Virus record (IMG/VR): IMGVR_UViG_3300010356_002264
From: a virus
Lineage: Duplodnaviria; Caudoviricetes
Length of the DNA stretch: 64,000 bases
Strand: one strand, 5' to 3'
The first letter of the stretch is position 1; each line of letters starts with the position of its first letter. This document shows, in pieces, positions 24,491 through 34,464 of this stretch. The translations under genes were made by a program, and so were the position numbers. The notes beneath the pieces were generated by a model. The model ran no database searches. It saw only the letters and a program-made list of their open reading frames with translations, and was not told the origin of the DNA.

Positions 24491-24802
24491 TTACAGGTCG
24501 CGCGACCTGTAACCGAGCAGGTGCAGCCCCATCACGATGCTGGCCGCCACACCCCACATCAGGGCGATCGACCCTCCTACCGACAGGTCGAAGCGCACGA
24601 CGGTCGCTAGGATCCCCATCCATACGGGGATCCCTAACACCTCAGGCCAGTAGTCCGAGGGGTCCACCAGGCCCGCCAGGACCTGCAAGGGTCCTAGCAG
24701 GACACGGAGAAGCAAGCGGAACCACAGGACCGCAGAGATGACGCGGCCCACGGGGGCGCGCGAAGGCCCCCTACAGGGGAAACAGGAGATGAGAGGAGAC
24801 AC
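24491..24802 (-). CDS. membrane protein
   Basis: Three hydrophobic segments. Confidence 0.45.
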   Translation of the reverse strand: MSPLISCFPCRGPSRAPVGRVISAVLWFRLLLRVLLGPLQVLAGLVDPSDYWPEVLGIPVWMGILATVVRFDLSVGGSIALMWGVAASIVMGLHLLGYRSRDL

Positions 24803-24933
24803 GGCGAAACTCGCAGAGGCAGGACGTGATGCGCAGGCGATGCTGGAGGGCGTTACGTCGGTTGTCGGGTACTACGCTCGATGAGATCGAGGAGACTTCA
24901 AAGGTCCCTTTCCCTCTGGGAACCTCTTGTTAG

Positions 24934-25006
24934 TTGCGAGCGGGAGGATTTGAACCTCCGACCTTCTGGGTATGAGCCAGACGAGCTACCGCTGCTCCAC
25001 GCCGCA
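24934..25006 (-). tRNA. tRNA-Met(CAT), initiator-like body
   Basis: TGCGGCGTGGAGCAGCGGTAGCTCG..CTCATAC..GGTTCAAATCC; bulge in the acceptor. Confidence 0.88.
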
Positions 25007-25043
25007 ATGAGTATGATGCAGGATCGTGGTCACTTTGTCAAGC

Positions 25044-25051
25044 GGAGCTGA
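25044..25051 (-). promoter_or_regulatory. TCAGCTCC motif upstream of tRNA-Met
   Basis: Predicted +1 is 8 nt before the tRNA. Confidence 0.65.
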
Positions 25052-25055
25052 GAAA

Positions 25056-25736
25056 ATGCGTCGCACCCGCCAGTTGATAGAACCCCTTGAGCGCCGTCCG
25101 GGCTACTGTACGTGGTGCAAGAAGCCCGTACCGCCGAGGAGACGCACCTGGTGTTCGACCGCTTGCGTGTACGAGTACCGGATCCGAGCGGATCCTCGCT
25201 TCATGCGCCGGGAGCTTCGCAAGCGAGACAAGGAGGTCTGCCAGGCGTGCGGGTTCGACTGCCGATGGCTGGCCAGCTTCCTCCGCAGGCTCGGCACGCT
25301 GGAGGTACAGGTCCACACGGAGGAGACCGCCCAGATGCTCCGCTGGACGCGCCTTCCCCCACCATCTCCCCGGCTGCCGTTCGGTCGCGAGATGACCCCG
25401 CAGATGGCCGCGTGGATAGAGGAGACGGAGCGCCTGCGTCCGCGCTGGGGGCCCGTCAATCACCGCACCACGACGGACGGGCGCATCGTCGCTCTCGACA
25501 AGAAGGAGCGGCCCTACCGAGACTGGCGCGACTGGTGGGGCTGCGAGGTGATGGGGCTCACGCGCGCGGACGCACGCAGGCGGACCTACTGGGAGGCCGA
25601 CCACGTGGTGACGGTCGCCGAGGGAGGCGGGGATCTCGGGCTGGCCAATCTTCAGACCTTGTGTCTTTGGTGCCATCGCAAAAAATCTACGTCAGATTGT
25701 CGACGGATAAAGACTAAGAAACAGGTTGATAGTTAA
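25056..25736 (+). CDS. HNH endonuclease with an insertion
   Basis: CTWC..WCSTAC, RDKEVCQAC, WEADHVV..EGGG..NLQTLCLWCH. Confidence 0.85.
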   Translation: MRRTRQLIEPLERRPGYCTWCKKPVPPRRRTWCSTACVYEYRIRADPRFMRRELRKRDKEVCQACGFDCRWLASFLRRLGTLEVQVHTEETAQMLRWTRLPPPSPRLPFGREMTPQMAAWIEETERLRPRWGPVNHRTTTDGRIVALDKKERPYRDWRDWWGCEVMGLTRADARRRTYWEADHVVTVAEGGGDLGLANLQTLCLWCHRKKSTSDCRRIKTKKQVDS

Positions 25737-25760
25737 AGATGACATCGGTAGATTACACTG

Positions 25761-26612
25761 ATGTCGCAAGCTCCCTGGTGGATCATCTACTTCGTGCGGT
25801 CTGGACCTCCAGGAGGTCCGATCAAGATCGGAGTCACCGTCGACCTCCTGAAGAGGATAAAGCTGCTTCAGACGGGCAACCCAGAGAAGCTCGTGCTGTT
25901 GCGGGCCATCACAGGCGACGCTCTACTAGAGAGAGAACTACACGCTAGATTCAAACACATAAGAATACACGGGGAATGGTTTAAGCCTACTGATGAACTA
26001 TTGTCCTTCATTGATCAAATCTCTGACGCTTGGGCGAACGACTTCAATGAATCATTAAAACGACCCTGCACTTGCGGCAGAAATCAGTACACGGTATCTC
26101 AGCTTCCTAACGAGGCGTTCGTCGCGTTGTGTCGTCGTTGTCTCATGCGTCAGAACGGGCACATGAACACGTTCCTCACTCGGTGCGCCCACCGAGAACG
26201 CCCCTATGTTCCCCCGAAGCCCTGTTCACATTGTGCGGTACCCTCGAAGCCTTTGCGTAAGGGCAGGTGTCATACGTGCCACGAATACTACCGTAGGCAC
26301 GGAGTGGATCGAGACTTATCTCTACCGCGTAAGAAGATATGCGCTAACTGCAACAAAGAATGCGAACGATTATCTAGGAGTAGGTGCAGGATCTGCTACT
26401 CGTACTGGTATCAGTATGGCGTTGAGCGAGGACCCGACGACAACATCCACGCAAACAAGGGACCTGAAACCATAAGACGATACACGAGGAGACGTCTTGT
26501 GGACATCATACCAAGTGATACTTCTCACAGCTCCGGTCCTCCGTCCGTCTCCGACCCACCCGCATGCCTCACATCCTCTCTGAGCGTCCCCAACGAGGAA
26601 CCCTCGACGTAG
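25761..26612 (+). CDS. GIY-YIG (T5orf172-like) protein with Zn fingers
   Basis: IYFV..IKIGVT..RIKLLQTGNP..GEWF; low GC. Confidence 0.8.
   Translation: MSQAPWWIIYFVRSGPPGGPIKIGVTVDLLKRIKLLQTGNPEKLVLLRAITGDALLERELHARFKHIRIHGEWFKPTDELLSFIDQISDAWANDFNESLKRPCTCGRNQYTVSQLPNEAFVALCRRCLMRQNGHMNTFLTRCAHRERPYVPPKPCSHCAVPSKPLRKGRCHTCHEYYRRHGVDRDLSLPRKKICANCNKECERLSRSRCRICYSYWYQYGVERGPDDNIHANKGPETIRRYTRRRLVDIIPSDTSHSSGPPSVSDPPACLTSSLSVPNEEPST
26527..26534 (+). promoter_or_regulatory. ACAGCTCC motif for ATG 26564
   Basis: 30-nt offset; CGAC at -12. Confidence 0.75.
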
Positions 26613-27061
26613 ACTACGGGTTCGTTCACGACCGCGAGGGTCGCCCCACGTGGCTCGCGGTCGGCAACGCCTGCTCGCGCAACTCACGGCGCTGGTCCGC
26701 CGTGGTGACCCTGTGTGGACAGGCGGAGCTCGACAACTCCCGCGCCAACTACATCGAGGTGTGCCCGCCCCCGACCCTGATGGTCCCGCTCGACGAGATG
26801 GAGGGAGGGTCGTCGCGGCACCTCCCCATCATCCTCGCGTTCGTGCAGCACTACGTGCGCGGGGATCGCCCCCAGGTGCTCGTCCACTGCGACGCAGGGA
26901 TCAAGCGAGGCCCTGCGATCGCGATCTTCCTCCTTACGGCGCACGGGTGGGAGGAGCGAGACGCAATCGAGGGGGTCCAACGCGCACGCCCCGTAGCCAG
27001 CCCCTCTCCAGCCCTCCTGAGCGAGGGTCGGGACTACCTAGAAGAGATCCTCTGCCCGTAG
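26564..27061 (+). CDS. dual-specificity protein phosphatase
   Basis: VLVHCDAGIKR (CX5R). Confidence 0.85.
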   Translation: MPHILSERPQRGTLDVDYGFVHDREGRPTWLAVGNACSRNSRRWSAVVTLCGQAELDNSRANYIEVCPPPTLMVPLDEMEGGSSRHLPIILAFVQHYVRGDRPQVLVHCDAGIKRGPAIAIFLLTAHGWEERDAIEGVQRARPVASPSPALLSEGRDYLEEILCP

Positions 27062-27062
27062 T

Positions 27063-27070
27063 TCAGCTCC
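27063..27070 (+). promoter_or_regulatory. TCAGCTCC motif for ATG 27100
   Basis: 30-nt offset; CGACTA at -12. Confidence 0.8.
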
Positions 27071-27099
27071 GGTTAGCTCGGTCCAATCGACTATCCGGC

Positions 27100-27360
27100 A
27101 TGAGCAAGACCTCCAAACCGGCCCGCAAGGGCAACATGAACCTCGGGTACGACGAGAACGACCCCTCTACCTGGCCGCACGACGTGCGCCTGTTCCACGA
27201 GCTTCGCTCGATGCCCGCCGATATGCTTGTGGCGATCGTCCACGGGGACGTCAAGGTGGACGATGTGGCACGCAAGATCCTCGCGGACTGTGGGCTGGAC
27301 GACCAAGGCAAGTGGGTAGGTCCCGACAAGGCGGCCAAGATCCACAAGGTGACACTGTGA
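27100..27360 (+). CDS. hypothetical protein
   Basis: Promoter motif 30 nt upstream. Confidence 0.65.
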   Translation: MSKTSKPARKGNMNLGYDENDPSTWPHDVRLFHELRSMPADMLVAIVHGDVKVDDVARKILADCGLDDQGKWVGPDKAAKIHKVTL

Positions 27361-28061
27361 ACCCGCTCTACGTGAACTACTGGTGCGGGTGCGACCCGCG
27401 CACCCAGACGCTTTGTCCCGAGGGGAAGCGATACGCGACCTCAACCAAGAGAGGCGTCGGCAAGGACGTGCAGCACAACTCGTGGTTGCTTGACGTCCAC
27501 ACTAGGGTTGCCGAGGTGTGTCTCGGTCTACGGGAGATCGAGTCCTTCCAGGACGTCCCTCAGATGCCGGCCAACCAGTACGAGATCGACGTCGAGTGGC
27601 CATACCTGGAGGAGACGGTCCAGAAGCACATCCGAGAGGACGGCCTAGACCTCCTACCTCGCTTCCAGCGAGGTCATGTGTGGTCGGAGGACCAGCAGCG
27701 GGCCTACGTGGCCAACATGCTGCACGGATGCGAGGTCGCTCGGACGATCATCTTCAACCACAGTCAGTGGGACGATCTTCCCCAGAACCCCCCGAAGGGA
27801 ACGATGGTGATCGTTGACGGTCTCCAGCGACTAGAGGCCGTGCGGAAGTTCATGCGCGGCGACCTACTGGTGTTCGGTAAACGATACTGCGAGTTCAAGG
27901 GCGCACTGCGCATGCAGTATGGGCGGTTCAAGATCCGCATCACCAAGCTGCCTACCGAGGCGGCGGTCATCCGGTTCTACCTGGCCCTCAACGCGGGGGG
28001 TACACCTCACACCGAGGAGGAGATCATGCGAGTTCGTAGCCTCCTCCAGGAGGTGCAGTGA
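27357..28061 (+). CDS. DUF262 (ParB-like/GmrS) domain protein
   Basis: PRFQRGHVWS, IVDGLQRL, LNAGGTP. Confidence 0.85.
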   Translation: MNPLYVNYWCGCDPRTQTLCPEGKRYATSTKRGVGKDVQHNSWLLDVHTRVAEVCLGLREIESFQDVPQMPANQYEIDVEWPYLEETVQKHIREDGLDLLPRFQRGHVWSEDQQRAYVANMLHGCEVARTIIFNHSQWDDLPQNPPKGTMVIVDGLQRLEAVRKFMRGDLLVFGKRYCEFKGALRMQYGRFKIRITKLPTEAAVIRFYLALNAGGTPHTEEEIMRVRSLLQEVQ

Positions 28062-28294
28062 TGGCGGGCGGGCCCCTCATGACGGAGCACGACCGCGAGG
28101 TGCGACGTCGCGCCATCGAGGAGGCGATCGCGGTCCTAGAACTCAACTCCCCGTTCCCCGACGCAGAAGGTCGCAGCATGATGGTGCGCACGCTTCACGA
28201 CCGAACCATCGGGGAGCTCCGTAAGCTCCAGCAGGTGGCGTCGGTCGAGGAGTACATCGCTCTACCAAGCGCGGGGGACTACCGGCGCGGGTAG
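28058..28294 (+). CDS. hypothetical protein
   Basis: Coupled ORF. Confidence 0.5.
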   Translation: MMAGGPLMTEHDREVRRRAIEEAIAVLELNSPFPDAEGRSMMVRTLHDRTIGELRKLQQVASVEEYIALPSAGDYRRG

Positions 28295-28301
28295 GTCACG
28301 C

Positions 28302-28745
28302 ATGCACCAACTCCTGACCCCCCTCCTCGTCGCGGTTCCCGCATCCCTCGTGCTCGTGTACGCGATCCTCGCGTACGTCAACCACCGCGGCCTCACCCTC
28401 CTGGCCCGTGGGGTCGAGAGCGTTCGGTTCCCCGTACTGCGCGAGCTCCTCGACGAGGAGGTCAGGCGGGTCCGGCGCGAGGCCCTCCTGCACCCGCTAC
28501 GCACCGCGTCGCGCATCAGCGACTGGCACAGGCTAGGCGTCGAGTTCTACTTCGAGTCCCTGGCGAACCGCGGGGGCCTGGAGTTCGAGGACCCCATCAA
28601 CGGGACGTCTAGGGACATCTGGCTCCTGGACGCCATCGAGGCGCACAACCTCCAGTGGATCTGGCCCCAGCATCGGCCTCGGATCACCAACGCTGCCCCA
28701 GCGTCTCCGCGGGGCCGTACCGATAGGTCGCGACGAGCTGCGTGA
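28302..28745 (+). CDS. membrane-anchored hypothetical protein
   Basis: N-terminal TM helix. Confidence 0.55.
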   Translation: MHQLLTPLLVAVPASLVLVYAILAYVNHRGLTLLARGVESVRFPVLRELLDEEVRRVRREALLHPLRTASRISDWHRLGVEFYFESLANRGGLEFEDPINGTSRDIWLLDAIEAHNLQWIWPQHRPRITNAAPASPRGRTDRSRRAA

Positions 28746-29307
28746 CGTAGGGGTGAGCCCGCTGGGCGGCGAAGTCGCAGAATGTGCTGAGCACCCCCCG
28801 GTCGTCGGGGGTCTTCTCTATCGCGTGGAGCAGCGCGCGTGCGTCCGTCCCGCAGACCATCACGGGGAGCCCCCTGTCCAGCGGACCCTGGGCGTTCACC
28901 TCCCATCCCGTTGGGGGCTTCCAGGTCGCACTCCACAGGACGAACCGACTCCCCTTGTTCTCTCCGGCTCGCCCGCAGTGAACAACGTGTGTCACGCATG
29001 TTGGTGGTGGAGCCGCACGCAGCTTGCGCAGCAGCAGGGTCGAGCGGACGCGCGGCACTCCGTATGCTCTCCAGGAGGCTTCCGCGTCCTCACAGACCGC
29101 CATGAACGGGGTCCAGCCCACCCCCACCGAACAGCACCCCACGAGGTCCGGTCCGTAGGGGCTCGCGTAGGCCAGCGGCTTGACCTCGTCGGCTACCGCG
29201 AGGTAGCTCGCCGATGGCCCGCTTTCATCTCCTCCGAACCAGGCGACGATTGCGCTCACCGGAACCTCACCACGAGCGGACCCTCCTACAGGAGCGTGAC
29301 ATACCAA
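28684..29307 (-). CDS. hypothetical protein
   Basis: ORF downstream of the phosphatase; start uncertain. Confidence 0.45.
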   Translation of the reverse strand: MVCHAPVGGSARGEVPVSAIVAWFGGDESGPSASYLAVADEVKPLAYASPYGPDLVGCCSVGVGWTPFMAVCEDAEASWRAYGVPRVRSTLLLRKLRAAPPPTCVTHVVHCGRAGENKGSRFVLWSATWKPPTGWEVNAQGPLDRGLPVMVCGTDARALLHAIEKTPDDRGVLSTFCDFAAQRAHPYVTQLVATYRYGPAETLGQRW

Positions 29308-29322
29308 GCCATAACCGACGGA

Positions 29323-29880
29323 CTACAGGAGCGAGCTGTCCAGGGCGCGCAGGGCCTCCACGTTGGTCCGGTTGATGTACCAGGCCGGCGGCCGGCGCGC
29401 GAGCACATCCAGCAGGATGTCCTCCGCGCGCACCCGGTCGCGCGTTATGCGGTACCCGCAGTAGGCCGTCGGGCTGCGGTTGGCCCCCTGGAGGCAGTGG
29501 AACAGCACGGGTCCGCGCGTGCGGTGCTGGTCCACGAACGCCCACGCGGGCACGCACTTGGTGAGCAGCCCCTCCCCCTGGTCCTCGTGCTCCACGTGGA
29601 ACATCGGGACCGACGGCATCGCGACCCGCGCGCCCACATAGCGCGCGTCCGCCTCCGAGAGGATCGAGACGACCGCCACGAAGCGCGGGTCCACCCGCGC
29701 CTCTACGGACCCCACGAAGAAGCCTGGGGCCACCTCGTGACAGGCGGGCTTGTTTGGTTGCTGGGCCGGACAGTGCGTGCGGTGGGACATCGAGAGCTTG
29801 AGCCCAAACTTGCAGTGCGGGCACACCGTGGGGGGGTAGTAGAAGGGTTCGGGTCCCTTGTCCGTGTTGGTGAGGGTCAT
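29323..29880 (-). CDS. dual-specificity protein phosphatase
   Basis: VLFHCLQGANRS (CX5R). Confidence 0.88.
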   Translation of the reverse strand: MTLTNTDKGPEPFYYPPTVCPHCKFGLKLSMSHRTHCPAQQPNKPACHEVAPGFFVGSVEARVDPRFVAVVSILSEADARYVGARVAMPSVPMFHVEHEDQGEGLLTKCVPAWAFVDQHRTRGPVLFHCLQGANRSPTAYCGYRITRDRVRAEDILLDVLARRPPAWYINRTNVEALRALDSSLL

Positions 29881-29909
29881 GGTAGGGCGTATACCCGCGT
29901 CGGCGGATT

Positions 29910-29927
29910 CGAGCTGAAGTCAGCTCT
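29910..29927. promoter_or_regulatory. back-to-back motifs for ATG 29880(-) and 29957(+)
   Basis: CGAGCTGA-AG-TCAGCTCT, both at 30-nt offset. Confidence 0.78.
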
Positions 29928-29956
29928 GATCACCGTCGGTGAGGCGACTTCACACT

Positions 29957-30160
29957 ATGACGAACAACGGCTTCACGAAGGGCACCAAGGTGCTGAGCAG
30001 GGACGGCAAGCAGGAGGGGGCGCTTACAGGGGGTCGGCGCCGCTGCCAGCTCGCCGGGTGCAACGGGATCCGAGTCGTGGTGCGGTGGGCGGACAACAAG
30101 GTGACATACCCCTGCACGAAGGGTCTGGAACCGCACGGCGAGGCCCTTCGGATCGCATAG
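29957..30160 (+). CDS. small hypothetical protein
   Basis: Promoter motif 30 nt upstream. Confidence 0.6.
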   Translation: MTNNGFTKGTKVLSRDGKQEGALTGGRRRCQLAGCNGIRVVVRWADNKVTYPCTKGLEPHGEALRIA

Positions 30161-30163
30161 TGA

Positions 30164-30171
30164 TCAGCTCC
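30164..30171 (+). promoter_or_regulatory. TCAGCTCC motif for radical SAM ATG 30201
   Basis: 30-nt offset; CGAC at -12. Confidence 0.78.
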
Positions 30172-30200
30172 GGTATTTGGATCTCTGGCGACAGGACCCC

Positions 30201-31538
30201 ATGACCCTATACCACGTCATCCCGATCAAGAACTTCGCACGCGGCTACGACAAGTACGCGAGGAGCTATCGCAAGGCCCTCATCCCAGAGAGCCGCTACC
30301 CCGACGAGTTCTACCTCGTGCGCGAGGACGAGGTCCCGCAGGCGGTCGAGAAGGCCCGCACGCTATGCCAGCGGGTCGGGGGGTCTGTGCAGGGGGACGT
30401 CCTCGTGCTGGAGACGCAGGTCGACGAGTCGGCCACCCTACCCCACCCGCGCGGCGGGTTCGGCGTCGTGTACCCTCGTGGCGAGATCACGCTATCCTGC
30501 GTGCGCCGCACGACCTTGGACGGCCGTCGGGGCGAGGTCATCTCGGTGGAGGACGCGACTGCCTGGTCGCTTGCGGAGCACGACCTCCAGCCCTACGAGG
30601 CCCTGCGTCCACGGTCGATATCCTTCCTGCCGATCGCGCGCGGCTGCCAGGCATCGTGCAGCTTCTGCTTCTCGGAGGCGAGCGCCTCTGCCGACCAGCG
30701 ACAGGCCCAGCCCGACTGGGCCCTATGGAATCGCTGGGCCGTCGAGGCGAAGATCGTTGGGGCCGAGCGGGCGGTCATTACAGGTGGTGGTGAGCCGACT
30801 CTCATGCGAGACGAGGACCTCCCGCGCCTGATCCGTATGTGTCGTCAACACTTCGACAAGGTCGTTCTCATCACCAACGGGTTCGCGCTGACTCAGCAGT
30901 CTCCGTCGTGGGCCATCGCCAAGCTCGGGGCACTCTACGGGGCGGGCCTGTCAGTCCTTTCGGTCTCGCGCCACCACATGAGCGAGGACCGCAACACCGA
31001 CATCATGCTCCTGCGGACGCTGACGCCAGACCTGCTGCGCCTCGTCGTCGACCGTCGGCCCTTCTTCAAGGATCTGCGGGTGCGCCTTGTGTGCGTGCTC
31101 CAGAAGGGCGGGATCGAGACGATCGGCGATGTGGAGAGCTACGTGACCTGGGCGGCCAACCACGGTGCGGACGAGGTGTGCTTCAAGGAGCTCTACGTCT
31201 CCACGAGTCGCGAGTCCGTCTACCACTCGCGCAAAGCCAACCAGTGGAGCGCCGACCACCAGGTGCCCCTGTCTGTCGTGACCGACTGGGCGTGTGCGCT
31301 TGGCCTCCAGGCCGAGTCCCGCCTCCCCTGGGGTGCTCCCGTCTTCGCGCTCCAGCGGAACGGGCGACCCATGCGAGTCGCCGCCTACACAGAGCCCTCG
31401 CTCTACTGGGAACGCACGAGCGGCATCGCCCGAAGCTGGAACGTCATGGCCGACGGTACCTGCCTCGCCTCGCTGGAGGACTGCGCGAGCAGGCTCGACC
31501 CTCCTGGCATCCTGGCATCCCCAGAGGTGACGTCGTGA
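30201..31538 (+). CDS. radical SAM protein with an extra N-terminal domain
   Basis: CQASCSFC, ITGGGEPTL, LITNG. Confidence 0.9.
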   Translation: MTLYHVIPIKNFARGYDKYARSYRKALIPESRYPDEFYLVREDEVPQAVEKARTLCQRVGGSVQGDVLVLETQVDESATLPHPRGGFGVVYPRGEITLSCVRRTTLDGRRGEVISVEDATAWSLAEHDLQPYEALRPRSISFLPIARGCQASCSFCFSEASASADQRQAQPDWALWNRWAVEAKIVGAERAVITGGGEPTLMRDEDLPRLIRMCRQHFDKVVLITNGFALTQQSPSWAIAKLGALYGAGLSVLSVSRHHMSEDRNTDIMLLRTLTPDLLRLVVDRRPFFKDLRVRLVCVLQKGGIETIGDVESYVTWAANHGADEVCFKELYVSTSRESVYHSRKANQWSADHQVPLSVVTDWACALGLQAESRLPWGAPVFALQRNGRPMRVAAYTEPSLYWERTSGIARSWNVMADGTCLASLEDCASRLDPPGILASPEVTS

Positions 31539-32551
31539 CGTCCACCGAGTTCGTCGAGCGGAGTCGGTCCCTCCACCTGGACTTCAAGAGCTTCCTCGCC
31601 TGGAAGCAGGAGGCGATGACGCTCTTCCCCGAGGCGCGGGACTTCAGCGAGACGCGCATCGCGCGCACCTTCGCGAATCTGGCCCCCAAACCGTCCACGG
31701 AGAGCCGGGCAATCCACCGGTGCGACCTCTCCCGCCTGTGGCTGGAGGTCCGCCAACTCCCCGCCGAGATCGGAGTGCGAGCTCGTGTCTGTGCGGGAGT
31801 GCGGGCGGCCCTCCACGGCCTATTCGCTGGGTTCTCCCAGCAGCGGTCGCGGATCGCGATCCCCTCGGACGTCTATCCAGTCTACGAGGAGATCGCCCAG
31901 CGGATGGGCCTCGGGAGGTTCCACTTCCCTACCTTCCCCGAGCTCGAACTCCCGCGCCTGCTCGCGACCTGTTCGGGAAGCCACATCACGCACGTGCTGC
32001 TCCCCTACCCGCTCAAGCTTCACGGGCGCGCGTGGACCGACGAGGAAGTCGATACGGCAATCTCGTGGCTTCGAGAGAACTCGATGCGACGACTCCTGCT
32101 CGATGGGGTCTACTCGTTCGGCACGACCCTGGCCGATCATCGACTGCTCGCGCTACTCGACACCGACCAGGTCATCTACCTCGACTCCCTCTCGAAGGGG
32201 TGGTTGCACGAGTGGGTCATGGGTGTCACGATCCTCCCCGAGCAGGACCTCTACGCGCTGGCCCCCTGTCTCATGCCTCCCGTCGAAGTGGGACAACCAA
32301 GCGTGGCCCATTCCCTCCTCACGGAGTTCGCAAACTTTCCCCAGAAGCTCCGGGTTCACCTCGAAGCACATCGACACGCTACCGAGATGAACTTCTCTGA
32401 CTGGGGGGTCCAGTCGACGGCCGAGCGGGGCTACCTCCTGCCCGTCCAGCGGAACCACCTTGACCTGCTCGTCGACAAGAACGTCGTCGCGCTGCCGGCG
32501 AGCGTCTTCGGATCAAACCGTGCCGGCTGGTCGATCGTGAGTGCCCTCTAG
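31535..32551 (+). CDS. PLP-dependent aminotransferase-like protein (class I/II fold)
   Basis: LLLDGVYS, DSLSKGW, ALPASVFG; GTGA overlap with the radical SAM gene. Confidence 0.75.
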   Translation: MTSTEFVERSRSLHLDFKSFLAWKQEAMTLFPEARDFSETRIARTFANLAPKPSTESRAIHRCDLSRLWLEVRQLPAEIGVRARVCAGVRAALHGLFAGFSQQRSRIAIPSDVYPVYEEIAQRMGLGRFHFPTFPELELPRLLATCSGSHITHVLLPYPLKLHGRAWTDEEVDTAISWLRENSMRRLLLDGVYSFGTTLADHRLLALLDTDQVIYLDSLSKGWLHEWVMGVTILPEQDLYALAPCLMPPVEVGQPSVAHSLLTEFANFPQKLRVHLEAHRHATEMNFSDWGVQSTAERGYLLPVQRNHLDLLVDKNVVALPASVFGSNRAGWSIVSAL

Positions 32552-32560
32552 GCTGCGGGT

Positions 32561-33178
32561 CTACGCCTGACGAACCCCATGCGCCAAGAGCTTAGCTACG
32601 ACTCGCGCCTGGACGGCCTCTCGCAAGCTCTCCTCTACTGCTTGTCTCGAACAGGAGGGTCTGCGCCACTCCGTCGTGGGGATTCCACGAGGATTGCCGA
32701 CCAGGGTCTTGACCACCCGACCGACCCCGCTGATCTCTCGCTCGTAGTCGATCTCGCTCACCGGTGTGACGGATTTCCCGAGGACTTTAGGCACGTGGGC
32801 GACGCACACCACGGGTGTGCCGGCGGCGAGCACGAAGTCCCGCACCTTGTGAGAGACCTCCCCGTAGACGCCAGGGCGCTGGAACAGCGTGCGAAGCTGG
32901 CGGATTGCGTGCCCCTTACCCTCGGCGCTTCCGTCACTGCCCCCCAGGCCCATCTTGATCCCAAAGGGCGTCGTCTTCATGAGGTAGAACCCGATGGGAC
33001 GGTTCTCCTTTCCCTTCGCGATCACCCAGACGTCGTAGTCCTGAAGTAGCTCCTCGGGGGAGGAGACTTTGACCCCGATCTCCTTGTAGGTCGCGTGGAG
33101 CATACTCCAGACGACGGCGAGGTGTTCGCGGCGGGCCGCGCCGCGAACCTCGATCTCCGCCACCGCACGCCGCCGCAT
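32561..33178 (-). CDS. hypothetical phage protein
   Basis: ORF coupled to the upstream gene. Confidence 0.6.
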   Translation of the reverse strand: MRRRAVAEIEVRGAARREHLAVVWSMLHATYKEIGVKVSSPEELLQDYDVWVIAKGKENRPIGFYLMKTTPFGIKMGLGGSDGSAEGKGHAIRQLRTLFQRPGVYGEVSHKVRDFVLAAGTPVVCVAHVPKVLGKSVTPVSEIDYEREISGVGRVVKTLVGNPRGIPTTEWRRPSCSRQAVEESLREAVQARVVAKLLAHGVRQA

Positions 33179-34464
33179 CACCGTTTGTCTGCGGCCGTCT
33201 GGAACGCGCGGACCTTCTTGAGCAGCGGGGTCAACGCGCCTGGTGGGTTCGTGCTCGCCAGGGTGGTCACAGCGTTGTTCAGGTGCTCCCGAATCTCCTT
33301 CTCGATCTCCTCGGAGGCCCAGGGGAGCTTGTCGATCTCGGCGCGCTTCTTGATGGCTTCCAGTAGCTCGTCGGAGGCTCGCCTGCTGGCAAGCGAGATC
33401 CCGATCGCCTCGCGTGCCAGTGGACCCCCGTTGGTTACCCACCAGGTCGCGGGAGGAAGGCCCGTCTCCACGGTGGAGCTCGCCCTGAGATGTGCCCGCA
33501 CGGGCTTGCCGCGCGCCTCGGGGTTGTACATCCAGACGGCGAGTGCCGTCACCGGCATGACTCGGTGCCACCCGTCGCGGTAGAAGCCGGGCCTGTCGTA
33601 CTGGCGCTTGTAGGCGGCGATCGCCTGGGCGGGATCGTCGAACCCCACCATCACCTTGTCCTCGTCGTACTTTCCCGTGTCGGGGTCAGCCTGATGGATG
33701 ACGGTCGCGATCGGAGACAGAGCGTTTGGCCCCACGTAGACGTCGAGCGGGTCTCCGTCTGAGCCCAGGGAGCCCCGAAACTCACCGTAGGGGTAGTGCA
33801 TGTAGGTGCGCCATCCCTTGCCCTCACGGTAGCTGCCCGCGACGTTCTCGACGTCGATGACGAGTCCCTGGAAGTTGACGCACCCCTGGAAGGGAAACTC
33901 GTCGCGCGGCGGCGCGGAGGGGCTTGGGGGACCCACCCGCACCCGGGCAAACCGGTAGGGGACCATGAAGAACCGGCCGTCCCCGGCCGAGGCGTCCGCA
34001 ACCCGGGCACGCGCTTCGCGGTCGATGGGGTCGCGCAGCCGAGAGGCCGCGCGCTCGACGTTCTCCTCGGGGATCTCGATGCCGCGGTCCTGCGCGGTGA
34101 TGCCATCGTCATCTGGGTACAGGTAGGGGTGGGTACCCAGTGACCGGACCCAGCTCCCGTAGGGGACGATGCGGTTCTCCTGGTCCTTTACGGGTTCTGC
34201 ACGCAGGATGAGCCCCCGCTCGTCTGCCTCAAGGGCAGACAGGGGGATCCAGATGGACCCTCCGTGACGGGCGGCCACAGCTGCCCCGCGCGCGATGAAC
34301 TTCGCGCGGGCGCGAGCGGGGTCGGACGCCTTCTTGCCCTTCATCTTCTGAAAGATGCCCGTCACGTAGGCCCAGTCCTCCGCGTGCCCTTCCTCCTCGG
34401 CTCGCTGCTTGGCCTTGTCCCAGAGGTGCTCATCGCGTTGCGTCTTCACCAGGTTCGAGGGCAT
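33178..34464 (-). CDS. phage protein with an inorganic-pyrophosphatase-like domain
   Basis: PYGEFRGSLGSDGDPLDVYVG...YDEDKVMVGF. Confidence 0.75.
   Translation of the reverse strand: MPSNLVKTQRDEHLWDKAKQRAEEEGHAEDWAYVTGIFQKMKGKKASDPARARAKFIARGAAVAARHGGSIWIPLSALEADERGLILRAEPVKDQENRIVPYGSWVRSLGTHPYLYPDDDGITAQDRGIEIPEENVERAASRLRDPIDREARARVADASAGDGRFFMVPYRFARVRVGPPSPSAPPRDEFPFQGCVNFQGLVIDVENVAGSYREGKGWRTYMHYPYGEFRGSLGSDGDPLDVYVGPNALSPIATVIHQADPDTGKYDEDKVMVGFDDPAQAIAAYKRQYDRPGFYRDGWHRVMPVTALAVWMYNPEARGKPVRAHLRASSTVETGLPPATWWVTNGGPLAREAIGISLASRRASDELLEAIKKRAEIDKLPWASEEIEKEIREHLNNAVTTLASTNPPGALTPLLKKVRAFQTAADKR

Noticed and set aside
6889-25006. Stop-codon recoding, suppressor tRNA or tRNA-Sec
   Set aside because: No CTA, TTA or TCA anticodon was found, and TAG, TGA and TAA all end recognisable genes at sensible positions. 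The Sec-like D stems carry Ser or Thr anticodons.
28753-30204. Long alternative-frame ORFs such as 28753-30204, 46306-47892, 58655-60055 and 57071-58291
   Set aside because: These are high-GC shadow frames overlapping genes with clear motifs, and they have R/G/P-rich composition.
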